Shown here: positions 40,401 through 53,418 of the stretch, piece by piece | Position numbering within the stretch: the first letter of the stretch is position 1 | How the letters are laid out: every line of letters starts with the position of its first letter | From: the human T2T-CHM13v2.0 reference genome, Homo sapiens | Assembly (NCBI RefSeq): GCF_009914755.1 | Contig: NC_060926.1 | Reading direction: 5' to 3' (one strand) | Length of the DNA: 64,000 nt | Translations under genes and position numbers: made by a program | The notes under the pieces: model-generated | Told to the model about the DNA's origin: nothing | Database searches by the model: none | What the model saw: only the letters and a program-made list of their open reading frames with translations

Positions 40401-43400
40401 AGCTAACAGAGTTGAACCTTTCCTTTGAGAGAGCAGTTTTGAAACACTCTTTTTGTGGAATCTGCAAGTGGATATTTGTCTAGCTTTGAGGATTTCGTTG
40501 GAAACGGGATTACATATAAAAAGCAGACAGCAGCATTCCCAGTAACTTCTTTGTGATGTTTGCATTCAAGTCACAGAGTTGAACATTCCCTTTCATAGAG
40601 CAGGTTTGAAACACTCTTTTTGTAGTATCTGGATGTGGACATTTGGAGCGCTTTCAGGCCTATGGTGAAAAAGGAAATATATTCCCCTGAAAACTAGACA
40701 GAAGCATTCTCAGAAACTTATTTGTGATGTGCGCCCTCAACTAACAGTGTTGAACCTTTCTTTTGATAGAGCAGTTTTGAAACACTCTTTTTGTAATATC
40801 TGCAAGACGATATTTGGATAGCTTTGAGGATTTCGTTGGAAACGGGATTACATATAAAAAGCAGACAGCAGCATTCCCAGAATCTTGTTTGTGATGTTTG
40901 CATTCAAGTCACAGAGTTGAACATTCCCTTTCAGAGAGCAGGTTTGAAACACTCTTTTTATAGTGTCTGGATGTGGACATTTGGAGCGCTTTCAGGCCTA
41001 TGGTGAAAAAGGAAATATCTTCTCCTGTAAACTAGACAGAAGCATTCTCAGAAACTTATTTGTGATGTGCGCCCTCAACTAACAGTGTTGAAGCTTTCTT
41101 TTGATAGAGCAGTTTTGAAACACTCTTTTTGTAAAATCTCCAAGAGGATATTTGGATAGCTTTGAGGATTTCGTTGGAAACGGGATTGTCTTCATATAAA
41201 CTCTAGACAGAAGCATTCTCAGAAGCTTCATTGGGATGTTTCAATTGAAGTCACAGTGTTGAACAGTCCCTTTCATAGAGCAGGTTTGAAACACTCTTTT
41301 TGTAGTATCTGGAAGTGGACATTTGGAACGCTCTCAGGACTGCGGTGAAAAAGGAAATATCTTCCAATAAAAGCTAGATAGAAGCAATGTCAGAAACTTT
41401 TTCATGATGTATCCACTCAGCTAACAGAGTTGAACCTTTCTTTTGAGAGAGCAGTTTTGAAACACTCTTTTTGTGGAATCTGCAAGTGGATATTAGTCTA
41501 GCTTTGAGGATTTCGTTGGAAACGGGATTACATATAAAAAGCAGACAGCAGCATTCCAAGAAACTTCTTTGTGATGTTTGCATTCAAGTCACAGAGTTGA
41601 ACATTCCCTTTCATAGAGCAGGTTTGAAACACTCTTTTTGTAGTATCTGGATGTGGACATTTGCAGCGCTTTCAGGCCTAAGGTGAAAAAGGAAATATCT
41701 TCCCCTGAAAACTAGACAGAAGCATTCTCAGAAACTTATTTGTGATGTGCGCCCTCAACTAACAGTGTTGAAGCTTTCTTTTGATAGAGCAGTTTTGAAA
41801 CACTCTTTTTGTAATATCTGCAAGAGGATATTTGGATAGCTTTGAGGATTTCGTTGGAAACGGGATTAATTGTAAAAAGCAGACAGCAGCATTCCCAGAA
41901 TCTTGTTTGTGATGTTTGCATTCAAGTCACAGAGTTGAACATTCCCTTTCAGAGAGCAGGTTTGAAACACTCTTTTTATAGTATCTGGATGTGGACATTT
42001 GGAGCGCTTTCAGGCCTATGGTGAAAAAGGAAATATCTTCTCCTGAAAACTAGACAGAAGCATTCTCAGAATCTTATTTGTGATGTGCGCCTTCAACTAA
42101 CAGTGTTGAAGCTTTCTTTTGATAGAGCAGTTTTGAAACACTCTTTTCGTAAAATCTGCAAGAGGATATTTTGATAGCTTTGAGGATTTCGTTGGAAACG
42201 GGATTGTCTTCATATAAACTCTAGACAGAAGCATTCTCAGAAGCTTCATTGGGATGTTTCAATTGAAGTCACAGTGTTGAACAGTCCCTTTCATAGAGCA
42301 GGTTTGAAACACTCTTTTTGTAGTATCTGGAAGTGGACATTTGGAGAGATCTCAGGAATACGGTGATAAAGGAAATATCTTCCAATAAAAGCTAGATAGA
42401 AGCAATGTCAGAAACTTTTTCATGATGTATCTACTCAGCTAACAGAGTTGAACCTTTCTTTTGAGAGAGCAGTTTTGAAACACTCTTTTTGTGGAATCTG
42501 CAAGTGGATATTTGTCTAGCTTTGAGGATTTCGTTGGAAACGGGATTACATATAAAAAGCAGACAGCAGCATTCCCAGTAACTTCTTTGTGAGGTTTGCA
42601 TTCAAGTGACAGAGTTGAACATTCCCTTTCATAGAGCAGGTTTGAAACACTCTTTTTGTAGTATCTGGATGTGGACATTTGGAGCGCTTTCAGGCCTATG
42701 GTGAAAAAGGAAATATCTTCCAATAAAAGCTACATAGAAGCAATGTCAGAAACTTTTTCATGATGTATCTACTCAGCTAACAGAGTTGAACCTTTCTTTT
42801 GAGAGAGCAGTTTTGAAACACTCTTTTTGTGGAATCTGGAAGTGGATATTTGTCTACCTTTGAGGATTTCGTTGGAAACGGGATTACATATAAAAAGCAG
42901 ACAGCAGCATTCCCAGTAACTTCTTTGTGACGTTTGCATTCAAGTCACAGAGTTGAACATTCCCTTTCATAGAGCAGGTTTGAAACACTCTTTTTGTAGT
43001 ATCTGGATGTGGACATTTGGAGCGCTTTCAGGCCTATGGTGAAAAAGGAAATATCTTCCCCTGAAAACTAGACAGAAGAATTCTCAGAATCTTATTTGTG
43101 ATGTGCGCCATCAACTAACAGTGTTGAAGCTTTCTTTTGATAGAGCAGTTTTGAAACACTCTTTTTGTAAAATCTGCAAGAGGATATTTGGATAGCTTTG
43201 AGGATTTCGTTGGAAACGGGATTGTCTTCATATAAACTCTAGACAGAAGCATTCTCAGAAGCGTCATTGGGATGTTTCAATTGAAGTCACAGTGTTGAAC
43301 ATTCCCTTTCATAGAGCAGGTTTGAAACACTCTTTTTGTAGTATCTGGATGTGGACATTTGGAGCGCTTTCAGGCCTATGGTTTAAAAGGAAATATCTTC

Positions 43401-45585
43401 CCCTGAAAACTAGACAGAAGCATTCTCAGAAACTTATTTGTGATGTGCGCCCTCAACTAACAGTGTTGAAGCATTCTTTTGATAGAGCAGTTTTGAAACA
43501 CTCTTTTTGTGGAATCTGCAAGTGGATATTTGTCTAGCTTTGAGGATTTCGTTGGAAACGGGATTACATATAAAAAGCAGACAGCAGCATTCCCAGTAAC
43601 TTCTTTGTGATGTTTGCATTCAAGTCAGAGAGTTGAACATTCCCTTTCATAGAGCAGGTTTGAAACACTCTTTTTGAAGTATCTGGTTGTGGACATTTGG
43701 AGCGCTTTCAGGCCTATGGTGAAAAAGGAAATATCTTCCCCTGAAAACTAGACAGAAGCATTCTCAGAAACTTATTTGTGATGTGCGCCCTCAACTAACA
43801 GTGTTGAACCTTTCTTTTGATAGAGCAGTTTTGAAACACTCTTTTTGTAATATCTGCAAGAGGATATTTGGATAGCTTTGAGGATTTCGTTGGAAACGGG
43901 ATTGTCTTCATATAAACTCTAGACAGAAGCATTCTCAGAAGCTTCATTGGGATGTTTCAATTGAAGTCACAGTGTTGAACAGTCCCTTTCATAGAGCAGG
44001 TTTGAAACACTCTTTTTGTAGTATCTGGAAGTGGACATTTGGAGCGCTCTCAGGACTACGATGATAAAGGAAATATCTTCCAATAAAAGCTAGATAGAAG
44101 CAATGTCAGAAACTTTTTCATGATGTATCTACTCAGCTAACAGAGTTGAACCTTTCTTTTGAGAGAGCAGTTTTGAAACACTCTTTTTGTGGAATCTGCA
44201 AGTGGATATTTGTCTAGCTTTGAGGATTTCGTTGGAAACGGGATTACATATAAAAAGCAGACAGCAGCATTCCCAGAATCTTCTTTGTGATGTTTGCATT
44301 CAAGTCACAGAGTTGAACATTCCCTTTCATAGAGCAGGTTTGAAACACTCTTTTTGTAGTATCTGGATGTGGACATTTGGAGCGCTTTCAGGCCTATGGT
44401 GAAAAAGGAAATATCTTCCCCTGAAAACTAGACAGAAGCATTCTCAGAATCTTATTTGTGATGTGCGCCCTCAACTAACAGTGTTGAAGCTTTCTTTTGA
44501 TAGAGCAGTTTTGAAACACTCTTTTTGTAAAATCTGCAAGAGGATATTTGGATAGCTTTGAGGATTTCGTTGGAAACGGGATTGTCTTCATATAAACTCT
44601 AGACAGAAGCATTCTCAGAAGCTTCATTGGGATGTTTCAATTGAAGTCACAGTGTTGAACAGTCCCTTTCATAGAGCAGGTTTGAAACACTCTTTTTGTA
44701 GTATCTGGAAGTGGACATTTGGAGCGCTCTCAGGACTGCGGTGAAAAAGGAAATATCTTCCAATAAAAGCTAGATAGAAGCAATGTCAGAAACTTTTTCA
44801 TGATGTATCTACTCAGCTAACAGAGTTGAACCTTCATTTGAGAGAGCAGTTTTGAAACACTCGTTTTGTGGAATCTGCAAGTGGATATTTGTCTAGCTTT
44901 GAGGATTTCGTTGGAAACGGGATTACATATAAAAAGCACACAGCAGCATTCCCAGAAACTTCTTTGTGATGTTTGCATTCAAGTCAGAGAGTTGAACATT
45001 CCCTTTCATAGAGCAGGTTTGAAACACTCTTTTTGTAGTATCTGGATGTGGACATTTGCAGCGCTTTCAGGCCTAAGGTGAAAAAGGAAATATCTTCCCT
45101 TGAAAACTAGACAGAAGCATTCTCAGAAACTTATTTGTGATGTGCGCCCTCAACTAACAGTGTTCAAGCTTTCTTTTGATAGAGCAGTTTTGAAACACTC
45201 TTTTTGTAATATCTGCAAGAGGATATTTGGATAGCTTTGAGGATTTCGTTGGAAACGGGTTTGTCTTCATATAAATTCTAGACAGAAGCATTCTCAGAAG
45301 CTTCATTGGGATGTTTCAATTGAAGTCACAGTGTTGAACAGTTCCTTTCATAGAACAGGTTTGAAACACTCTTTTTGTAGTATCTGGAAGTGGACATTTG
45401 GAGCGCTCTCAGGACTATGGTGAAAAAGGAAATATCTTCCAATAAAAGCTACATAGAAGCAATGTCAGAAACTTTTTCATGATGTATCTACTCAGCTAAC
45501 AGAGTTGAACCTTTCCTTTGAGAGAGCAGTTTTGAAACACTCTTTTTGTGGAATCTGCAAGTGGATATTTGTCTAGCTTTGAGGA

Positions 45586-45602
45586 TTTCTTTGGAAACGG
45601 GA
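45586..45602 (+). promoter_or_regulatory. Disrupted CENP-B box (duplicate of 37435)
   Basis: TTTCTTTGGAAACGGGA, exactly 8151 bp after the first copy. Confidence 0.9.
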
Positions 45603-48600
45603 TTACATATAAAAAGCAGACAGCAGCATTCCCAGTAACTTCTTTGTGATGTTTGCATTCAAGTCACAGAGTTGAATATTCCCTTTCATAGAGCAGGTTT
45701 GAAACACTCTTTTTGTAGTATCTGGATGTGGACATTTGGAGCGCTTTCAGGCCTATGGTGAAAAAGGAAATATCTTCCCCTGAAAACTAGACAGAAGCAT
45801 TCTCAGAAACTTATTTGTGATGTGCGCCCTCAACTAACAGTGTTGAACCTTTCTTTTGATAGAGCAGTTTTGAAACACTCTTTTTGTAATATCTGCAAGA
45901 GGATATTTGGATAGCTTTGAGGATTTCGTTGGAAACGGGATTACATATAAAAAGCAGACAGCAGCATTCCCAGAAACTTCTTTGTGATGTTTGCATTCAA
46001 GTCACAGAGTTGAACATTCCCTTTCATAGAGCAGGTTTGAAACACTCTTTTTGTAGTATCTGGATGTGGACATTTGCAGCGCTTTCAGGCCTAAGGTGAA
46101 AAAGGAAATATCTTCCCCTGAAAACTAGACAGAAGCATTCTCAGAAACTTATTTGTGATGTGCGCCCTCAACTAACAGTGTTGAACCTTTCTTTTGATAG
46201 AGCAGTTTTGAAACACTCTTTTTGTAAAATCTGCAAGAGGATATTTGGATAGCTTTGAGGATTTCGTTGGAAACGGGATTGTCTTCATATAAACTCTAGA
46301 CAGAAGCATTCTCAGAAGCTTCATTGGGATGTTTCAATTGAAGTCACAGTGTTGAACAGTCCCTTTCATAGAGCAGGTTTGAAACACTCTTTTTGTAGTA
46401 TCTGGATGTGGACATTTGGAGCGCTTTCAGGCCTATGGTTTAAAAGGAAATATCTTCCCCTGAAAACTAGACAGAAGCATTCTCAGAAACTTATTTGTGA
46501 TGTGCGCCCTCAACTAACAGTGTTGAAGCATTCTTTTGATAGAGCAGTTTTGAAACACTCTTTTTGTGGAATCTGCAAGTGGATATTTGTCTAGCTTTGA
46601 GGATTTCGTTGGAAACGGGATTAATTATAAAAAGCAGACAGCAGCATTCCCAGAATCTTGTTTGTGATGTTTGCATTCAAGTCACAGAGTTGAACATTCC
46701 CTTTCAGAGAGCAGGTTTGAAACACTCTTTTTATAGTATCTGGATGTGGACATTTTGAGCGCTTTCAGGCCTATGATGAAAAAGGAAATATCTTCTCCTG
46801 AAAACTAGACAGAAGCATTCTCAGAATCTTATTTGTGATGTGCGCCCTCAACTAAGAGTGTTGAAGCTTTCTTTTGATAGAGCAGTTTTGAAACACTCTT
46901 TTCGTAAAATCTGCAAGAGGATATTTGGATAGCTTTGAGGATTTCGTTGGAAACGGGATTGTCTTCATATAAACTCTAGACAGAAGCATTCTCAGAAGCT
47001 TCATTGGGATGTTTCAATTGAAGTCACAGTGTTGAACAGTCCCTTTCATAGAGCAGGTTTGAAACACTCTTTTTGTAGTATCTGGAAGTGGACATTTGGA
47101 GAGATCTCAGGAATACGGTGATAAAGGTAATATCTTCCAATAAAAGCTAGATAGAAGCAATGTCAGAAACTTTTTCATGATGTATCTACTCAGCTAACAG
47201 AGTTGAACCTTTCTTTTGAGAGAGCAGTTTTGAAACACTCTTTTTGTGGAATCTGCAAGTGGATATTTGTCTAGCTTTGAGGATTTCGTTGGAAACGGGA
47301 TTACATATAAAAAGCAGACAGCAGCATTCCCAGTAACTTCTTTGTGATGTTTGCATTCAAGTCACAGAGTTGAACATTCCCTTTCATAGAGCAGGTTTGA
47401 AACACTTTTTTTGTAGTATCTGGATGTGGACATTTGGAGCGCTTTCAGGCCTATGGTGAAAAAGGAAATATCTTCCAATAAAAGCTACATAGAAGCAATG
47501 TCAGAAACTTTTTCATGATGTATCTACTCAGCTAACAGAGTTGAACCTTTCTTTTGAGAGAGCAGTTTTGAAACACTCTTTTTGTAAAATCTGCAAGAGG
47601 ATATTTGGATAGCTTTGAGGATTTCGTTGGAAACGGGATTGTCTTCATATAAACTCTAGACAGAAGCATTCTCAGAAGCGTCATTGGGATGTTTCAATTG
47701 AAGTCACAGTGTTGAACAGTCCCTTTCATAGAGCAGGTTTGAAACACTCTTTTTGTAGTATCTGGATGTGGACATTTGGAGCGCTTTCAGGCCTATGGTT
47801 TAAAAGGAAATATCTTCCCCTGAAAACTAGACAGAAGCATTCTCAGAAACTTATTTGTGATGTGCGCCTTCAACTAACAGTGTTGAAGCATTCTTTTGAT
47901 AGAGCAGTTTTGAAACACTCTTTTTGTGGAATCTGCAAGTGGATATTTGTCTAGCTTTGAGGATTTCGTTGGAAACGGGATTACATATAAAAAGCAGACA
48001 GCAGCATTCCCAGAAACTTCTTTGTGATGTTTGCATTCAAGTCACAGAGTTGAACATTCCCTTTCATAGAGCAGGTTTGAAACACTCTTTTTGTAGTATC
48101 TGGATGTGGACATTTGGAGCGCTTTCAGCCCTATGGTGAAAAAGGAAATATCTTCCCCTGAAAACTAGACAGAAGCATTCTCAGAATCTTATTTGTGATG
48201 TGCGCCCTCAACTAACAGTGTTGAAGCTTTCTTTTGATAGAGCAGTTTTGAAACACTCTTTTTGTAAAATCTGCAAGAGGATATTTGGATAGCTTTGAGG
48301 ATTTCGTTGGAAACGGGATTGTCTTCATATAAACTCTAGACAGAAGCATTCTCAGAAGCTTCATTGGGATGTTTCAATTGAAGTCACAGTGTTGAACAGT
48401 TCCTTTCATAGAACAGGTTTGAAACACTCTTTTTGTAGTATCTGGAAGTGGACATTTGGAGCGCTCTCAGGACTAGGGTGAAAAAGGAAATATCTTCCAA
48501 TAAAAGCTAGATAGAAGCAATGTCAGAAACTTTTTCATGATGTATCTACTCAGCTAACAGAGTTGAACCTTTCCTTTGAGAGAGCAGTTTTGAAACACTC

Positions 48601-51600
48601 TTTTTGTGGAATCTGCAAGTGGATATTTGTCTAGCTTTGAGGATTTCGTTGGAAACGGGATTACATATAAAAAGCAGACAGCAGCATTCCCAGTAACTTC
48701 TTTGTGATGTTTGCATTCAAGTCACAGAGTTGAACATTCCCTTTCATAGAGCAGGTTTGAAACACTCTTTTTGTAGTATCTGGATGTGGACATTTGGAGC
48801 GCTTTCAGGCCTATGGTGAAAAAGGAAATATATTCCCCTGAAAACTAGACAGAAGCATTCTCAGAAACTTATTTGTGATGTGCGCCCTCAACTAACAGTG
48901 TTGAACCTTTCTTTTGATAGAGCAGTTTTGAAACACTCTTTTTGTAATATCTGCAAGACGATATTTGGATAGCTTTGAGGATTTCGTTGGAAACGGGATT
49001 ACATATAAAAAGCAGACAGCAGCATTCCCAGAATCTTGTTTGTGATGTTTGCATTCAAGTCACAGAGTTGAACATTCCCTTTCAGAGAGCAGGTTTGAAA
49101 CACTCTTTTTATAGTGTCTGGATGTGGACATTTGGAGCGCTTTCAGGCCTATGGTGAAAAAGGAAATATCTTCTCCTGTAAACTAGACAGAAGCATTCTC
49201 AGAAACTTATTTGTGATGTGCGCCCTCAACTAACAGTGTTGAAGCTTTCTTTTGATAGAGCAGTTTTGAAACACTCTTTTTGTAAAATCTCCAAGAGGAT
49301 ATTTGGATAGCTTTGAGGATTTCGTTGGAAACGGGATTGTCTTCATATAAACTCTAGACAGAAGCATTCTCAGAAGCTTCATTGGGATGTTTCAATTGAA
49401 GTCACAGTGTTGAACAGTCCCTTTCATAGAGCAGGTTTGAAACACTCTTTTTGTAGTATCTGGAAGTGGACATTTGGAACGCTCTCAGGACTGCGGTGAA
49501 AAAGGAAATATCTTCCAATAAAAGCTAGATAGAAGCAATGTCAGAAACTTTTTCATGATGTATCTACTCAGCTAACAGAGTTGAACCTTTCTTTTGAGAG
49601 AGCAGTTTTGAAACACTCTTTTTGTGGAATCTGCAAGTGGATATTAGTCTAGCTTTGAGGATTTCGTTGGAAACGGGATTACATATAAAAAGCAGACAGC
49701 AGCATTCCCAGTAACTTCTTTGTGATGTTTGCATTCAAGTCACAGAGTTGAACATTCCCTTTCATAGAGCAGGTTTGAAACACTTTTTTTGTAGTATCTG
49801 GATGTGGATATTTGGAGCGCTTTCAGGCCTATGGTGAAAAAGGAAATATCTTCCAATAAAAGCTACATAGAATCAATGTCAGAAACTTTTTCATGATGTA
49901 TCTACTCAGCTAACAGAGTTGAACCTTTCTTTTGAGAGAGCAGTTTTGAAACACTCTTTTTGTGTAATCTGAAAGTGGATATTTGTCTAGCTTTGAGGAT
50001 TTCGTTGGAAACGGGATTACATATAAAAAGCAGACAGCAGCATTCCCAGTAACTTCTTTGTGATGTTTGCATTCAAGTCACAGAGTTGAACATTCCCTTT
50101 CATAGAGCAGGTTTGAAACAATCTTTTTCTAGTATCTGGATGTGGACATTTGGAGCGCTTTCAGGCCTATTGTGAAAAAGGAAATATCTTCCCCTGAAAA
50201 CTAGACAGAAGAATTCTCAGAATCTTATTTGTGATGTGCGCCCTCAACTAACAGTGTTGAAGCTTTCTTTTGATAGAGCAGTTTTGAAACACTCTTTTTG
50301 TAAAATCTGCAAGAGGATATTTGGATAGCTTTGAGGATTTCGTTGGAAACGGGATTGTCTTCATATAAACTCTACACAGAAGCATTCTCAGAAGCGTCAT
50401 TGGGATGTTTCAATTGAAGTCACAGTGTTGAACAGTCCCTTTCATAGAGCAGGTTTGAAACACTCTTTTTGTAGTATCTGGATGTGGACATTTGGAGCGC
50501 TTTCAGGCCTATGGTTTAAAAGGAAATATCTTCCCCTGAAAACTAGACAGAAGCATTCTCAGAAACTTATTTGTGATGTGCGCCTTCAACTAACAGTGTT
50601 GAAGCATTCTTTTGATAGAGCAGTTTTGAAACACTCTTTTTGTGGAATCTGCAAGTGGATGGATATTTGTCTAGCTTTGAGGATTTCGTTGGAAACGGGA
50701 TTACATATAAAAAGCAGACAGCAGCATTCCCAGAAACTTCTTTGTGATGTTTGCATTCAAGTCACAGAGTTGAACATTCCCTTTCAGAGAGCAGGTTTGA
50801 AACACTCTTTTTGTAGTATCTGGATGTGGACATTTGGAGCGCTTTCAGGCCTATGGTGAAAAAGGAAATATCTTCCCCTGAAAACTAGACAGAAGCATTC
50901 TCAGAATCTTATTTGTGATGTGCGCCCTCAACTAACAGTGTTGAAGCTTTCTTTTGATAGAGCAGTTTTGAAACACTCTTTTTGTAAAATCTGCAAGAGG
51001 ATATTTGGATAGCTTTGAGGATTTCGTTGGAAACGGGATTGTCTTCATATAAACTCTAGACAGAAGCATTCTCAGAAGCTTCATTGGCATGTTTCAATTG
51101 AAGTCACAGTGTTGAACAGTCCCTTTCATAGAGCAGGTTTGAAACACTCTTTTTGTAGTATCTGGAAGTGGACATTTGGAGCGCTCTCAGGACTACGGTG
51201 AAAAAGGAAATATCTTCCAATAAAAGCTAGACAGAAGCAATGTCAGAAACTTTTTCATGATGTATCTACTCAGCTAACAGAGTTGAACCTTCCTTTGAGA
51301 GAGCAGTTTTGAAACACACTTTTTGTAGAATCTGCAAGTGGATATTTGTCTAGCTTTGAGGATTTCGTTGGAAACGGGATTGTCTTCATATAAACTCTAG
51401 ACAGAAGCATTCTCAGAAGCTTCATTGGGATGTTTCAATTGAAGTCACAGTGTTGAACAGTTCGTTTCATAGAACAGGTTTGAAACACTCTTTTTGTAGT
51501 ATCTGGAAGTGGACATTTGGAGCGCTCTCAGGACTACGGTGAAAAAGGAAATATCTTCCAATAAAAGCTACATAGAAGCAATGTCAGAAACTTTTTCATG

Positions 51601-53401
51601 ATGTATCTACTCAGCTAACAGAGTTGAACCTTTCCTTTGAGAGAGCAGTTTTGAAACACTCTTTTTGTGGAATCTGCAAGTGGATATTTGTCTAGCTTTG
51701 AGGATTTCGTTGGAAACGGGATTACATATAAAAAGCAGACAGCAGCATTCCCAGTAACTTCTTTGTGATGTTTGCATTCAAGTCACAGAGTTGAACATTC
51801 CCTTTCATAGAGCAGGTTTGAAACACTCTTTTTGTAGTATCTGGATGTGGACATTTGGAGCGCTTTCAGGCCTATGGTGAAAAAGGAAATATCTTCCCCT
51901 GAAAACTAGACAGAAGCATTCTCAGAATCTTATTTGTGATGTGCGCCCTCAACTAACAGTGTTGAAGCTTTCTTTTGATAGAGCAGTTTTGAAACACTCT
52001 TTTTGTAAAATCTGCAAGAGGATATTTGGATAGCTTTGAGGATTTCGTTGGAAACGGGATTGTCTTCATATAAACTCTAGACAGAAGCATTCTCAGAAGC
52101 TTCATTGGGATGTTTCAATTGAAGTCACAGTGTTGAACAGTCCCTTTCATAGAGCAGGTTTGAAACACTCTTTTTGTAGTATCTGGAAGTGGACATTTGG
52201 AACGCTCTCAGGACTGCGGTGAAAAAGGAAATATCTTCCAATAAAAGCTAGATAGAAGCAATGTCAGAAACTTTTTCATGATGTATCTACTCAGCTAACA
52301 GAGTTGAACCTTCATTTGAGAGAGCAGTTTTGAAACACTCTTTTTGTGGAATCTGCAAGTGGATATTTGTCTAGCTTTGAGGATTTCGTTGGAAACGGGA
52401 TTACATATAAAAAGCAGACAGCAGCATTCCCAGAAACTTCTTTGTGATGTTTGCATTCAAGTCACAGAGTTGAACATTCCCTTTCATAGAGCAGGTTTGA
52501 AACACTCTTTTTGTAGTATCTGGATGTGGACATTTGGAGCGCTTTCAGGCCTAAGGTGAAAAAGGAAATATCTTCCCCTGAAAACTAGACAGAAGCATTC
52601 TCAGAAACTTATTTGTGATGTGCGCCCTCAACTAACAGTGTTGAAGCTTTCTTTTGATAGAGCAGTTTTGAAACACTCTTTTTGTAATATCTGCAAGTGG
52701 ATATTTGTCTAGCTTTGAGGATTTCGTTGGAAACGGGATTGTCTTCATATAAACTCTAGACAGAAGCATTCTCAGAAGCTTCATTGGGATGTTTCAATTG
52801 AAGTCACAGTGTTGAACAGTTCCTTTCATAGAACAGGTTTGAAACACTCTTTTTGTAGTATCTGGAAGTGGACATTTGGAGCGCTCTCAGGACTACGGTG
52901 AAAAAGGAAATATCTTCCAATAAAAGCTACATAGAAGCAATGTCAGAAACTTTTTCATGATGTATCTACTCAGCTAACAGAGTTGAACCTTTCCTTTGAG
53001 AGAGCAGTTTTGAAACACTCTTTTTGTGGAATCTGCAAGTGGATATTTGTCTAGCTTTGAGGATTTCGTTGGAAACGGGATTACATATAAAAAGCAGACA
53101 GCAGCATTCCCAGAATCTTCTTTGTGATGTTTGCATTCAAGTGACAGAGTTGAACATTCCCTTTCATAGAGCAGGTTTGAAACACTCTTTTTGTAGTATC
53201 TGGATGTGGACATTTGGAGCGCTTTCAGGCCTATGGTGAAAAAGGAAATATCTTCCAATAAAAGCTACATAGAAGCAATGTCAGAAACTTTTTCATGATG
53301 TATCTACTCAGCTAACAGAGTTGAACCTTTCTTTTGAGAGAGCAGTTTTGAAACACTCTTTTTGTGGAATCTGGAAGTGGATATTTGTCTAGCTTTGAGG
53401 A

Positions 53402-53418
53402 TTTCTTTGGAAACGGGA
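53402..53418 (+). promoter_or_regulatory. Disrupted CENP-B box (third copy, different flanking haplotype)
   Basis: TTTCTTTGGAAACGGGA, preceded by GAATCTGGAAGTGG and followed by the TGTGACGTTT A monomer. Confidence 0.9.

Larger units (their letters stand above)
33350..49700 (+). repeat. Direct tandem duplication of an 8151-bp (~48-monomer) block
   Basis: Private variants recur at +8151: CATTCCAAGA 33401/41552, TTAATTGTAAAA, AAAAGCACAC, broken CENP-B box 37435/45586, EcoRI 34927/43078. Confidence 0.93.

Noticed and set aside
50425-50859. 144-aa ORF (also at 61639-62073)
   Set aside because: It is a chance fusion of two satellite ORFs by a 4-bp duplication and is internally repetitive (KHSFCSIWMWTFGALSGLW twice). 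There is no evidence of coding function.
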